Notes: generated by a model not told the origin, from the sequence alone. Shown: positions 47,290 to 57,500, counted from the first letter of the stretch. The stretch is DNA of 64,000 nt from Anaerolineae bacterium (GCA_034437355.1 DAOTUA010000179.1:1790-65789); one strand, 5' to 3'. Made by a program: numbers and translations.

Positions 47290-49176
47290 CTATCTCGCCT
47301 GGAACTCACACGCGCCCGCACTCACCTCACACGTCACCTGCTCCACCCCACGCTGATACACCGTAAAACGCGGCACATCCACCCACACCGTAGACCCAAA
47401 ATCGACCGCCACCCACGCATGGCGCGTCTCACATCCCGGCGGCTTGGGTTGGTTGGGGGTATTGGCGTTCCACACCTGCAAACAATCCCCCGCCGGGAAC
47501 CCGCTTAAACTCGCCGTCAAAAACGCCGTATCCCACCGATAGATCGACAGCGCCCCGCGTTCGCTTTCCAGCAGCACATCCGTCAGATTCACAGGCCGAT
47601 CCCCAATATTTAACACCGTCAGGCTTTGCGCATCCCACAATAACCGCACGTTAGCATCAGACGCAGCTACCGCTGGGGCCGGGGCTGCGTTCGTGGTCGT
47701 CGTCGTCACTACCGGGGCCACCTCCACCGACCCCACCAGCGACACCCCACAGCCCCCCGTCTGGACGTTACACTGCGCTACCACTCGCTCAGACTTCACC
47801 ACGCTAAACCGTGCCACCCCCTGCCAGAATAACTCTGCATCCGGGATCGCGATCCACGCATGACGCACCGCACACCCGGCGGGCTTATCCGGTAGCGCAC
47901 CCACCGATAACCCCCACACCTGCAAACAACCCCCGTCCGGGAACGCCGTTAACGGGGCGCTCAAAAATTCCGTTTGCCAGCGCGTCATCTCCACCGATCC
48001 GCTTTCGCTCTCAAAGCGCACATCCGACAGATACAACGGACCCCCAGACACATTCACCACCGAAAAACTCGTCCCATCCCATACCAACTGTAAATCTGCC
48101 TCAAATGCCGGAATCGGTGTCGGCGTCGGTAACTGCACAACCGAAGGCGGGGGAGTTGCTTCATACGCCATCAACAGCCGCCACACCGCCCGGACCACCC
48201 CCACCAACGGAGCCGTTCCCGTGTGCTGTGGCTGCGTGTTGCTCGGACCGACAGCTACGCTAACGGGTGTTGCCGTTGGGTTGATGTCGGTTGCGGTCGG
48301 TTCATTAGCCGCCGTTAGTGGGCTAATGTCGTCGGTTGCGGTCGGTTCATTAGCTGCCGTTAGTGGGCTAATGTCGTCGGTTGCGGTCGGTTCATTAGCT
48401 GCCGTTAGTGGGTTGATGTCGGTTGCGGTCGGTTCATTAGCCGCCGCTAATGGGCTGATGTCGGTTGCGGTCGGCACCAATACTTCTACATATGCCGATG
48501 TCGCCGTCGGCGGGACAGGCGTCGGCGTGACAGGCGTCGGCGGGACGGGCGTCGGCGGGACAGGCGTCGGCGGGACGGGCGTCGGCGGGACGGGCGTCGG
48601 CGGGACGGGCGTTGGCGGGATAGCGGTCGGCGGGATAGTCGTCGGCGGGACGGGCGTTGGCGGGACGGGCGTCGGCATTGGTGGTGCTTGCTGTTGCACC
48701 GGGGCCGCCTGCACCCCCGGACGCGCCCCCAATACCATCGTGAAATAGTGCTTGCCGTCCGCCGCCACCGCGTAAGCCACCCCGACCTCAACATACGCCG
48801 GGTTGAGCATGTTCTCGCGGTGGCCGGTACTGTCCATCCACTGCTGGAACGCGCCGTTTACATTCGCATCCCACCGATACAGCACATTCTCCGCGCCACT
48901 CGTCATACCGTACCCGGCCCCGCGCATCCGTTCCCAAAACTGCGACCCATCCGACCCGGTATGCGAAAGAAAATCACCTGCCGCCATGTCTGTACTATGT
49001 TGCTGGGCAGCTGCCGCAAGTTGCCCATTATAGGCCAGTGGGCCGTGCCCGGCTCCAGCGCGGGCATTGTTAATCAAACCAAGCATAGCCCCGGTAACAT
49101 CCTGTGCCTGTGATGGGGTAGCCCACACCATCAACAAGAAAAAACCTACTAAAACCGACCAATAGCTTGTTCTCAT
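47290..49176 (-). CDS. secreted CAP/SCP (YkwD-like) domain protein with Pro-rich and 15/16-aa tandem repeats and two copies of a 4-Cys C-terminal module
   Basis: I prefer ATG 49176 (AAGGTGG upstream, giving MRTSYWSVLVGFFLLMVWATPSQA) to the TTG at 49209. The CAP domain is recognisable (LINNARAGAGHGPL...HSTDMAAGDFLSHTGSDGS...GHRENMLNPAY). Repeats are described below. Confidence 0.8.
   Translation of the reverse strand: MRTSYWSVLVGFFLLMVWATPSQAQDVTGAMLGLINNARAGAGHGPLAYNGQLAAAAQQHSTDMAAGDFLSHTGSDGSQFWERMRGAGYGMTSGAENVLYRWDANVNGAFQQWMDSTGHRENMLNPAYVEVGVAYAVAADGKHYFTMVLGARPGVQAAPVQQQAPPMPTPVPPTPVPPTTIPPTAIPPTPVPPTPVPPTPVPPTPVPPTPVPPTPVTPTPVPPTATSAYVEVLVPTATDISPLAAANEPTATDINPLTAANEPTATDDISPLTAANEPTATDDISPLTAANEPTATDINPTATPVSVAVGPSNTQPQHTGTAPLVGVVRAVWRLLMAYEATPPPSVVQLPTPTPIPAFEADLQLVWDGTSFSVVNVSGGPLYLSDVRFESESGSVEMTRWQTEFLSAPLTAFPDGGCLQVWGLSVGALPDKPAGCAVRHAWIAIPDAELFWQGVARFSVVKSERVVAQCNVQTGGCGVSLVGSVEVAPVVTTTTTNAAPAPAVAASDANVRLLWDAQSLTVLNIGDRPVNLTDVLLESERGALSIYRWDTAFLTASLSGFPAGDCLQVWNANTPNQPKPPGCETRHAWVAVDFGSTVWVDVPRFTVYQRGVEQVTCEVSAGACEFQAR
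48281..48474. repeat. in-frame tandem repeat, 45/48-nt unit, about 4 copies (encodes NEPTATD(D)ISPLTAA)
   Basis: The unit GATGTCGGTTGCGGTCGGTTCATTAGC(C/T)GCCGTTAGTGGG(C/T)T(A/G) repeats head to tail with near identity. Confidence 0.85.
48506..48676. repeat. in-frame tandem repeat, 15-nt unit GTCGGCGGGACGGGC, about 11 copies (encodes PTPVP repeats)
   Basis: Read directly. The protein reads PTPVPPTPVPPTTIPPTAIPPTPVPPTPVPPTPVPPTPVPPTPVPPTPVTPTPVPPT. Confidence 0.85.
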
Positions 49177-49400
49177 GCGGCCCACCTTGTGATATTTGCC
49201 AAATTCCAAGGATATTCTTATAAGTTACCTAATCATTATACGCTACAGTCAATAACGTGTCAGGATAGTCGCTTTAAACGGGACTACGAAAGACTTGTCA
49301 GCCATTTTTCGATATCCACTCGATCCGCGAAACATGGTGCCACAATAAATCGCTGGAGGGGCCGTCCCCCTGTGTCGCCCCGCCATGAGTGACGGATTTC

Positions 49401-49468
49401 GTAGGGGCCGTCCCTCTGTGTACTTCCGGTGGTGTGCGTATCGGGAGGGCACGGCGACCCTCACCTAC
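49401..49468. repeat. REP-like element (inverted copy of 44835..44901)
   Basis: GTAGGGGCCGTCCCTCTGTGTACTTCCGGTGGTGTGCGTATCGGGAGGGCACGGCGACCCTCACCTAC. A half-copy, GGAGGGGCCGTCCCCCTGTGT, lies just upstream at about 49345. Confidence 0.7.
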
Positions 49469-49533
49469 GATGTCAGTTAAGACGCACATGCTCCCAAAAT
49501 ACGACCCACTCGCTAGAATCATTGGAGTTCATT

Positions 49534-50553
49534 TTGAACGTCACAGCATACACCACACCAGACGCCTTCGACACCCTGCGCCCTACCTGGGAAGCTCTCG
49601 TCCCCCACAGCACCGCCAACACGCCCTTTAGCCTGTGGGCCTGGACCGTCAGTTGGTGGGAAGCCTACCAACCCGGCGACCTGTGGCTTCTCACCGTCCA
49701 GCACGACAACGAAACAATCGGTATCGCCCCCTTCTTCATCCAAACCGCCGACACGGGCCGAACCGTGCGCTTCATCGGTCATATCGACGTGGTAGACTAC
49801 CTCGACATCATCGCCCACACCGACCACCGCGCCGCCGTCTACCAACAGATCGCCGCCTTCCTCGCCGCCCACACCGACCACTTCGATCATATCGGCCTCG
49901 CCAACATCCGCGAAGCATCCCCCACCTACACCGAACTGCCCGCTGCGCTCAACGCCTGCGGCTTCTCCGTCAGCTTTGAGCAAAACGACGTTGCCCCACA
50001 GTTTGCCCTCCCCGATACCTACGACACCTACCTGCAAGACATCCTCGCCAGCAAAGAGCGCAAAGAAACCAAACGCAAGATGCGCAAAGCTGAAAGCGGC
50101 CTGTACGATGTCCAGTGGTATCGCGTCGATGACAACCACGACCTTACCACCGAGTTAGATCGCTTCCTCGGCCTGATGGCAACCGCCGACGCCGACAAAG
50201 CCGCTTTCCTGCAAAACCCGCAGCACGTCGATTTCTTCAAGCGCGTTATGCCGCCGATGTACGATGCCGGCCTGCTCGAGCTGATCTTCCTGACCATTGA
50301 CGACAACCCCTGCGCCGCCTACCTGAACCTCAACCATAACGACCGCGTTTACGTCTACAACTCCGGGCTAGATGCCAGCCAGTACGGGGCACTCAGCCCA
50401 GGGATCGTGCTATTGCAGTACGCCATCCAACACGCCATCACCAACAATCACGCCGTGTTCGATTTCTTGCGCGGCGACGAAACCTACAAGTACAAAATGG
50501 GCGGCACCGATACCCGCATCTTTCAGATTAACGCCAGCTACCAGGGCAAATAA
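49534..50553 (+). CDS. GNAT-fold acetyltransferase of the CelD/BcsL-like (Acetyltransf_6) type
   Basis: I prefer TTG 49534 (GGAG 6 nt upstream), because the longer track ORF from 49429 runs through the REP-like elements. The C-terminal AVFDFLRGDETYKYKMGG is typical of this family. Confidence 0.7.
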   Translation: MNVTAYTTPDAFDTLRPTWEALVPHSTANTPFSLWAWTVSWWEAYQPGDLWLLTVQHDNETIGIAPFFIQTADTGRTVRFIGHIDVVDYLDIIAHTDHRAAVYQQIAAFLAAHTDHFDHIGLANIREASPTYTELPAALNACGFSVSFEQNDVAPQFALPDTYDTYLQDILASKERKETKRKMRKAESGLYDVQWYRVDDNHDLTTELDRFLGLMATADADKAAFLQNPQHVDFFKRVMPPMYDAGLLELIFLTIDDNPCAAYLNLNHNDRVYVYNSGLDASQYGALSPGIVLLQYAIQHAITNNHAVFDFLRGDETYKYKMGGTDTRIFQINASYQGK

Positions 50554-50556
50554 CCC

Positions 50557-51840
50557 ATGACCCAACGACTCGCTATTCTCAGCGTTCACACCAGCCCCAT
50601 TGCCGCCCCCGGCGGTAAAAAAGTCGGGGGGATGAACACCTACGTCCGCGAGATCGCGCAGGAATTCGCGCAGCGCGGCGTTCTGGTAGACATCTTCACC
50701 CGCCGCACCAACCCCACCCAAACCGATACCTCACTCACGCCAGGCGTACAGGTGATCCACGTCAAAGCCGGGCCGCCCGTCCCGCTTGCCCCCGCCGATA
50801 TTTACCCCCACCTACAACAGTTCACCGCCGGGGTGATCGCCCACACCATCCGCACCCAACATCAATACGACCTCATCTTCAGCCATTACTGGCTCAGCGG
50901 ATGGGTCGCGCACAAGCTCAAAGAAGCGTGCGGAACCCCCTTCGTGCAGATGTTCCACACCCTCGGTCACATGAAAAACCGTATCCCCTCCGTGACCGTC
51001 CCCGTGCCAGATGTCCGCATCCGCACCGAAACCGCAATCGTCGCCTGGGCCGATGCCCTCATCGCCAATACCCACGCCGAACGTGATCAACTGCTATGGC
51101 TCTACCACGCCGACCGCCGCAAGATCGCCATCTGCCCGCCGGGGGTCAACATCCAACGCTTCCAATCGATCCAACGTGACGACGCCCGCCGCCACTTGAA
51201 TATCCCGCCGGGCCAGCACATGCTCACCTTTGCCGGGCGCATCGAACCGTTAAAGGCGGTTGATACCATCTTGCACGCCCTCGCCATCCTCCGCAACACC
51301 CACCCGGAACTCGTCCGTAATATCCGGCTCAACATCATCGGCGGCGATCCCACCGACCCCACCGACCCCGATATGCAATCGCTGCTACGCCTCCGCGATC
51401 ACCTCCATCTCAACCCACAGATCGCTTTCTTCCGCGCCATGCCCCAAGATACCCTCCGTTACTACTACGCCGCCTCCGATGCCGTGCTGATGCCCTCCGA
51501 GTATGAATCCTTCGGCATGGTCGCCCTCGAAGCCATGGCCACCGGAACCCCCGTCATCGCTAGCGAAGTCGGCGGGTTAGCCTATCTCGTCCAAGATGGG
51601 CAAACCGGTTATCTGATCCCGGCACGCTCGCCCGACCTGCTCGCGGATCGTATCGCAACCCTTATCACCCACCCCGCGCTACGCGATCAGATGAGCATCC
51701 GGGCTGCCGCGCTTGCCACCGAATACGCCTGGCCCACCATCACGGACCGCCTGCAAACTATCTTTGCCCAACTCAACCGCACGCCTTCCCGCTATTCTTC
51801 CTCGTCAACCGGCATCACCCCAAATGTACACGAGTTATAA
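50557..51840 (+). CDS. GT4-family glycosyltransferase, MshA-like
   Basis: 427-aa ORF. LAILSVHTSPIAAPGGKKVGGMNTYVREIAQEFAQRGVLVDIFTR resembles MshA-type retaining GT-B enzymes, and the C-terminal EYESFGMVALEAMATGTPVIAS is the GT1/GT4 EX7E region. It starts 3 nt after the GNAT stop. Confidence 0.8.
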   Translation: MTQRLAILSVHTSPIAAPGGKKVGGMNTYVREIAQEFAQRGVLVDIFTRRTNPTQTDTSLTPGVQVIHVKAGPPVPLAPADIYPHLQQFTAGVIAHTIRTQHQYDLIFSHYWLSGWVAHKLKEACGTPFVQMFHTLGHMKNRIPSVTVPVPDVRIRTETAIVAWADALIANTHAERDQLLWLYHADRRKIAICPPGVNIQRFQSIQRDDARRHLNIPPGQHMLTFAGRIEPLKAVDTILHALAILRNTHPELVRNIRLNIIGGDPTDPTDPDMQSLLRLRDHLHLNPQIAFFRAMPQDTLRYYYAASDAVLMPSEYESFGMVALEAMATGTPVIASEVGGLAYLVQDGQTGYLIPARSPDLLADRIATLITHPALRDQMSIRAAALATEYAWPTITDRLQTIFAQLNRTPSRYSSSSTGITPNVHEL

Positions 51841-53459
51841 TCCGCACCTAGTATCACTTCAAAATCCGCCTCACGGTTAGGGTCCGGCACATCGATCACG
51901 TTCCCCCGCCCCAGGTTCAAGATGTCCGCCACATCCGCCCGGCTGCTGCCCTTTGTCTGCCCTGTGAAATCCGTTAACAACGTCTGCTCATAATCCAAAG
52001 ACGCCGCCGGGCCATCCGCATAGGCCGCAAACCCACTGTAACGCAAACGCTCCGCTGCGACCTTATCCAGATCAGCCTTATCTGTCCCGTTCAACACCCG
52101 TACCGTAGACCCGCGCACCTCCACCTGATTCTCACTCGGCGGCGTGTAAAAGTCCTCCAAAAACGGGATCAACGTTTCATACACCGGCAGCTGCACGTTA
52201 TCCCCCTCCGGCGTCGTCCAAGATTGCGTATGATACGTCGGGATCAACGTAAAACTCTCGATCTCGCGGCTCTCCAGGTTTAACCCAATCGGCACCAGCG
52301 ATAACGCCTCATTTAACGTCATATTCGTCTCGACAATCTCATTACCCTCACGCCACAACGCCGGGAGTTGCGCCAACTGACCATCATTCAACGCCTTCCG
52401 AAAAATCGCCCGGACCACCTGCTGTTGCCGCCGTCCTCGGTCAAAGTCGGAACTGTTCCGCCGCGACCGGGCGTACCACTGCGCATCAAACCCATCGAAT
52501 GTGTAATACCCCACATCCAACGTCCGTAGCTTGTAGTTCTCCTCTATTGGGCGGGTTAAATCGAGTTCTTCAATCGGCGCGACCGGGTAATAATCCTGGA
52601 TCGCACAATCCACCGCGATCTCTACCCCTCCCACCAGATTAACGATCTGCTCAAACTCAGTGATATTCACTTTCGCGTAGTAATGCACATTGATCCCGAA
52701 GTTATACAAGATCGTCTGCCGCAACAGCCCAAAGCCGCCCCCCGGCTCCCACCCGACATTCTCACCCCACCCGAACGTTACATTCAGCCGGTTCATCCCC
52801 AAACCCGGCGTGTACACAAACAGATCACGCGGCAGGCTCATCATCGCTACCGTCCCCGTGTCCCGGTTGATCGAGACAATGATCATCGTATCCGTGCGGA
52901 TCGTCCGATCGGCTGTGATCTCCTCATCACTCCCCAATAGCATCACATTCACCAAATCGTAATCCCGCCGGATCGTCGGTAGCCGTGTCGGGATCGCGGT
53001 CGGGGCCGCTATATCCGCCGGGGCATCCGCTGGGAGCAACACCGTCGGCAGCACCAACGGCTCAACCGGGATCGGCGTTGCCGTCGGCGGGGCTGTCGTC
53101 GGCTCCAGCGTATTGACCGCTGGCAGCGTCACCGGGATATCCGGCGCGGGCGTGTTCGTCATAAACGCATCTGCCGGAGGGTCCGGCGTGTCGTCGCCCT
53201 GCGCCTGTGGGCGAGTGTACCCCACCAGCGCGATCCCGCGTGCGCCCTGGTCGCTCTTGTCCGCCGCTAACGTCGCTTGCGCTTGGTAGTCCTCAACGTT
53301 CGCCTGATACGCCCCCCGCAGCGCCAGATAATCGCTCATCGCCCCTACCACCGGACGCGCCAGCCATACCCCCACGCCAATCAACCCGACCGGGACCACC
53401 ACGAACACCAAAAATGCGATCACACGCCGCCACAATGGTTTTTGTGCTTTGTCTGCCAT
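51792..53459 (-). CDS. LytR-CpsA-Psr (LCP) family protein with N-terminal TM anchor and long C-terminal extension
   Basis: The LCP core is present (VMLLGSDEE...RTDTMIIVSINRDTGTVAMMSLPRDLFV). The start is ATG 53459 or GTG 53477. The 3' end overlaps the convergent GT4 gene by 49 nt. Confidence 0.8.
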   Translation of the reverse strand: MADKAQKPLWRRVIAFLVFVVVPVGLIGVGVWLARPVVGAMSDYLALRGAYQANVEDYQAQATLAADKSDQGARGIALVGYTRPQAQGDDTPDPPADAFMTNTPAPDIPVTLPAVNTLEPTTAPPTATPIPVEPLVLPTVLLPADAPADIAAPTAIPTRLPTIRRDYDLVNVMLLGSDEEITADRTIRTDTMIIVSINRDTGTVAMMSLPRDLFVYTPGLGMNRLNVTFGWGENVGWEPGGGFGLLRQTILYNFGINVHYYAKVNITEFEQIVNLVGGVEIAVDCAIQDYYPVAPIEELDLTRPIEENYKLRTLDVGYYTFDGFDAQWYARSRRNSSDFDRGRRQQQVVRAIFRKALNDGQLAQLPALWREGNEIVETNMTLNEALSLVPIGLNLESREIESFTLIPTYHTQSWTTPEGDNVQLPVYETLIPFLEDFYTPPSENQVEVRGSTVRVLNGTDKADLDKVAAERLRYSGFAAYADGPAASLDYEQTLLTDFTGQTKGSSRADVADILNLGRGNVIDVPDPNREADFEVILGADYNSCTFGVMPVDEEE

Positions 53460-53550
53460 ATAGCCTATACCCCACACATTACCGAAAAACTCGGCAACAG
53501 TTTACCGGATGTTCCTACCCGCGAGAATGCCGAGTCCTGGCCCGCCCCCC

Positions 53551-54555
53551 TTACTCAAATATGACCGGCACCTCACACGGCTCAATGAAATTCCCGGTAT
53601 TATCCACCACCGTTAACCGCACCCAATACAGCCCATCGTCAAATATATCGGAGTTGATCTCGCCCAACACCCCGTTAAATACTGGCGTCTCCGACCGAGC
53701 GTAAAAGTTATACGTGTTCGTATAGTCGGGCCGAACCTCAAGCCGATAGAATTGGAAATCCGCACCCTCCAGCGCCCCCGTTCCTCGTAACGTAAACAAT
53801 CCGCTAATCCGTTCACCCGGCCCCGGCGACACAATATCGGACGCCGCCACACCACACCCCACTTTTACTAAAGCCCGCACCGCCGCTTCACTTTCCGGTA
53901 GCACCGGTACCCCCGTCCGAACCGGACCGTTCGGTAACTGCGGTACGAACAACACATCCCCCGTCTGGATATTATCCGCATTTGCCAGACAATTCACTGT
54001 TCGCAACTCACTAACCGTACTCCCCACCGCCCGCGCAATCGAAAATAACGTATTCCCACGCGCCACCGTATACGACGCCCACCCTATAGGCTGCGTACAC
54101 GGTAGGGCAGTCGGCGTGCGAGTTTCGGTGGATGCAGGTGATGGCGTGCGGGTCTCGGTGGATGCGGGTGATGGCGTGCGGGTCTCGGTAGGTGCGGGTG
54201 ACGGCGTGCGAGTCTCGGTAGGTGCGGGTGACGGCGTGCGGGTCTCGGTAGGTGCGGGTGATGGCGTGCGGGTCTCGGTAGGTGCGGGTGATGGCGTGCG
54301 AGTTTCGGTGGGTGCGGGTGACGACGTGCGGGTCTCGGTTGTCGTCGGTGTATTCGACGGAGCCTTCGACGGCGGCGGCGCGGTTTCACTCGCGGATACC
54401 TCCTGCACATTACTAACGATCTCAACTGGTGTACCTGTCGGCTGCTCCTCGGTGTTGATACTCGTCAGAATTAAGCCCGATAACCCCACTGCCGCAATCA
54501 ACAGTACCAGCACCACCGCCGTCTGAATCTCGCCCCGAATATCGCGTTCCATCAT
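53551..54555 (-). CDS. membrane-anchored LysM-domain protein with a TETRTPSPAP decapeptide repeat tract
   Basis: 334-aa ORF with an N-terminal TM segment, about 8.5 decapeptide repeats, a LysM motif (YTVARGNTLFSIARAVGSTVSELRTVNCL...IQTGDVLFVP) and a C-terminal beta-rich domain. Its ATG directly follows the histidine-kinase stop codon. Confidence 0.8.
   Translation of the reverse strand: MMERDIRGEIQTAVVLVLLIAAVGLSGLILTSINTEEQPTGTPVEIVSNVQEVSASETAPPPSKAPSNTPTTTETRTSSPAPTETRTPSPAPTETRTPSPAPTETRTPSPAPTETRTPSPAPTETRTPSPASTETRTPSPASTETRTPTALPCTQPIGWASYTVARGNTLFSIARAVGSTVSELRTVNCLANADNIQTGDVLFVPQLPNGPVRTGVPVLPESEAAVRALVKVGCGVAASDIVSPGPGERISGLFTLRGTGALEGADFQFYRLEVRPDYTNTYNFYARSETPVFNGVLGEINSDIFDDGLYWVRLTVVDNTGNFIEPCEVPVIFE
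54110..54339. repeat. in-frame tandem repeat, 30-nt unit, about 8 copies (encodes TETRTPSPAP)
   Basis: The unit GGTGCGGGTGA(T/C)GGCGTGCG(G/A)GT(C/T)TCGGT(A/G) repeats head to tail with only a few substitutions. Confidence 0.85.
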
Positions 54556-57500
54556 CTACGCCCCCACCTCTACCGGAAACCCTACCGGCAACGCCATCAC
54601 AAATGTTGTGCCCTGGCCTGGTTCCACCTCAAACCACATCTGCCCCTCATGCGCCTCGACCAACGCCTTTGCGATAGATAACCCGACCCCCGTATCCCCT
54701 AGCCCAGTTACCAGTTGATGTTCTGTCCGGTAACGCCGTGCAAACACCTCGCTCTGCTCATCCTCCGGGATGCCCCCGCCGCTATCCATCACCGCCACCA
54801 CGACCTGCGCCAGCTCGTCGCTCTGCTCTAGCGATGCTCTGATCGTTACCGCCGTCTCTGCCGGAGACACCAAATACGCATTCGTCAACAGTTGCCCCAC
54901 CACCTGCTCGATGCTATCGCGATCCGCGTTGACATCCGGTACGCTGTCATCCAACAGAATTTGCACCGTCAAATCTTTCTCACGGAACTGATACGTCGCA
55001 TTTGTGATCGCATCCTCCACCAACGCAATCACGCTCGTCGGCTCCGGGGTTAGTTGGTGCATACCTGTATCCAACGCCGTAATATGCGACAGATCGTTCA
55101 ACATCGTATCTAACCGAACCACATTCGCAGAAATACGCTGGATGAACTTACGCTGCATCTCACTTAACAACCCCGCCGATTCACTCACCAACAGGTCGAT
55201 ATACCCCACAATCGAGGTCATCGGCGTCCGCAGCGAATCCACCATACTCATTAATAGTTCCGGGTTGGCTCCTGTGCCGTTCGTCCCCTGCGCCTGATCC
55301 GGGGGAGTCGGCACGGACAGCCGGCGCTCTACTTCCTCCAATACGATCTGCATCGCGTTAAGCTCCGCCTTCAGATCGTCGCGCTCCGTCGTAATCTCTC
55401 GCATCACGCTGCGTAAATCCTCGTGTGCTTCGTTGCTTAGTTGCTCTAACCGTTCCCGGTTGCCTTCAATCCGCGCCAAAAGCTGATCGCGCTCATTTTG
55501 CACCGTTTGGAACTCCGCCCGTAACGACTCATGCTGGGTTGCTAGCGTGTTACGCTCCTCCGTTACCCGTTGTAACGTTGCCCGCACCGTTTCAACCCGA
55601 TCTTGCAACTCGGTTATATCTTCCTGATACGTCGATACATCCGCCAGTAGCCGCGCCCGCTGCTCCTTGATCCGATCCAGCTTTGCCTGTAACTGCTTAC
55701 GCTCCTGCCGTAGCGCGTCCCGCTGCCGCGTGATCGCCTCCCGATCCGTTGCCAGGTGACGAATCTCGGCCCCCATCGTTTCGATCTGCGTCTCGCGCTC
55801 ATCCTCCGCCCGGATGCGCTTCTCAAACCGCTGACGCTCATTCAGCAGCGCGTCACGCTCCACCTGTAACTTTTCCGCCCGTGCCTGCAACACCGCCCGC
55901 TGCTCGTACAACTGCTGCACCAACTGCGTTAAGCCCAGCGTGCCCCCGTCAATACCTAGCGCCTCCAACTCATCTTGAACCGACAGCAAGCGCGTATTGA
56001 GTTCCTCTTTGCCGGCCTCTAAACGCTCGCGCTCGCGGGTCATCCCTTCTAACACATCCGCGGCTTTCTCCGGGGCTGCCTCCCCTTCGATCCCCTCTAA
56101 TTCTGTCAGTTGATCGCGCAGCGCCTCCAACTCGACCGTCAGTTCGGCCTTCTCCCGGTTTAACGTTTCGATCTGCGTTTGGAACAGCGCGTCCTCATCG
56201 GTCCCGGTGGCGGTTGTTAGGGCTGTTTCCGCTTCCTGCAACCGTTGCGCCAATTGATCACGCTCATACCGCAACCGTTCATGCTCATCATTGAGCGCCT
56301 CAATCCGCTGTGTTACCGACATGCCCTCCTGTGTATCCCCCAACACCCGCTTTAGCCGTGTTCGCTCATCGTCCAACCGAATCCGTAACGAGGTTAACTC
56401 ACGCTGCAAAGCCTCGTTCTGCACCCGCGCCCCCTCCAGCGCATCCCGCATTTCTTGTTGGCCCCGTGCGATGTCAACATCCGTGATCTCATCTAACGGC
56501 ATCCCAGACACCATCGCATGGATCACGCGCTCCTCTGCCCGTGTCCGCGCATCATCCGCCGCATAACTCAGCGCCAACAAACTACCGGAGATAATCCCGA
56601 TCCCCTTCAATAACTCGCGTTCCGCATCGCGTAACTCACGCTTACCGTATGGCAGCGCCACCACCAACACCGCGATCAACTCCCGATCCCGCATCAACGG
56701 CTGGAAATACGCCGGGCCGATCTGCGGTACGTCCAACCGGCTATATAAATCCTCCAATTCTTCCCAGTTGCGATCCGGTAATAGCGGGCGCTGCTGCTTA
56801 CGATCAATCGCATTTGCCAACGTCATCTGCTGGTCCAAATTTAACGACAACATCGCCGGGATCGGTCGCCGCATCGCATGATCATAAGCCGTCAAAATAT
56901 CCGCGTAATTCGCATCCTTCACCCCTAGCAACGCCCCCACATCCGCCTTCAAAACTTCCACCGACGCCCGCACAATCCGCGCCGGTATATCTGCCGGAGC
57001 CGTCCCCTCCAAGATCAACCCCAACGTTCGCAATAACTGGACCGACTCACGTTCGACCGGCGAACTGTTCCCGCCCGCCTTCGATGCCGATAACGGGGCT
57101 GCCACCGTTACCTCGCTCGCCGCCACTGTCTCCGGGGAGGAAGCCGGCACCACTGGGCGCGGCGTCTGGTGCTGCTGCGCTTGGATCACCAACTCGTACC
57201 CGTAAATCACCTTGCGATATAACACATACGGCACAATTGGGATCGCCAAAAACAACCCCATCCGCCCCAACCCGCTGTAATCTCCGATGATCCGACCCGT
57301 TGCCATCTGCCACAACGTCCCCCCGTACCCCGCCAGCAAAATCAACACGAACAAGAACTTCAGCGGCGCATCTAACACCCGCCGGAACCCGATCGCAATC
57401 AACACCCCGCCCCCCAGCGCCACCACCGCCTGCGCAAACGTCCAAACCAACCCGTACAGGCTCAAGTTGAAATCCGTATCCGCTGAAGCCCCCACCCACT

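Noticed and set aside
49429-49533. The N-terminal extension of the GNAT ORF (track start 49429).
   Set aside because: The extension is encoded by the REP-like repeat and is Cys/Arg-rich. A TTG with GGAG at ideal spacing (49534) gives a typical family N-terminus.
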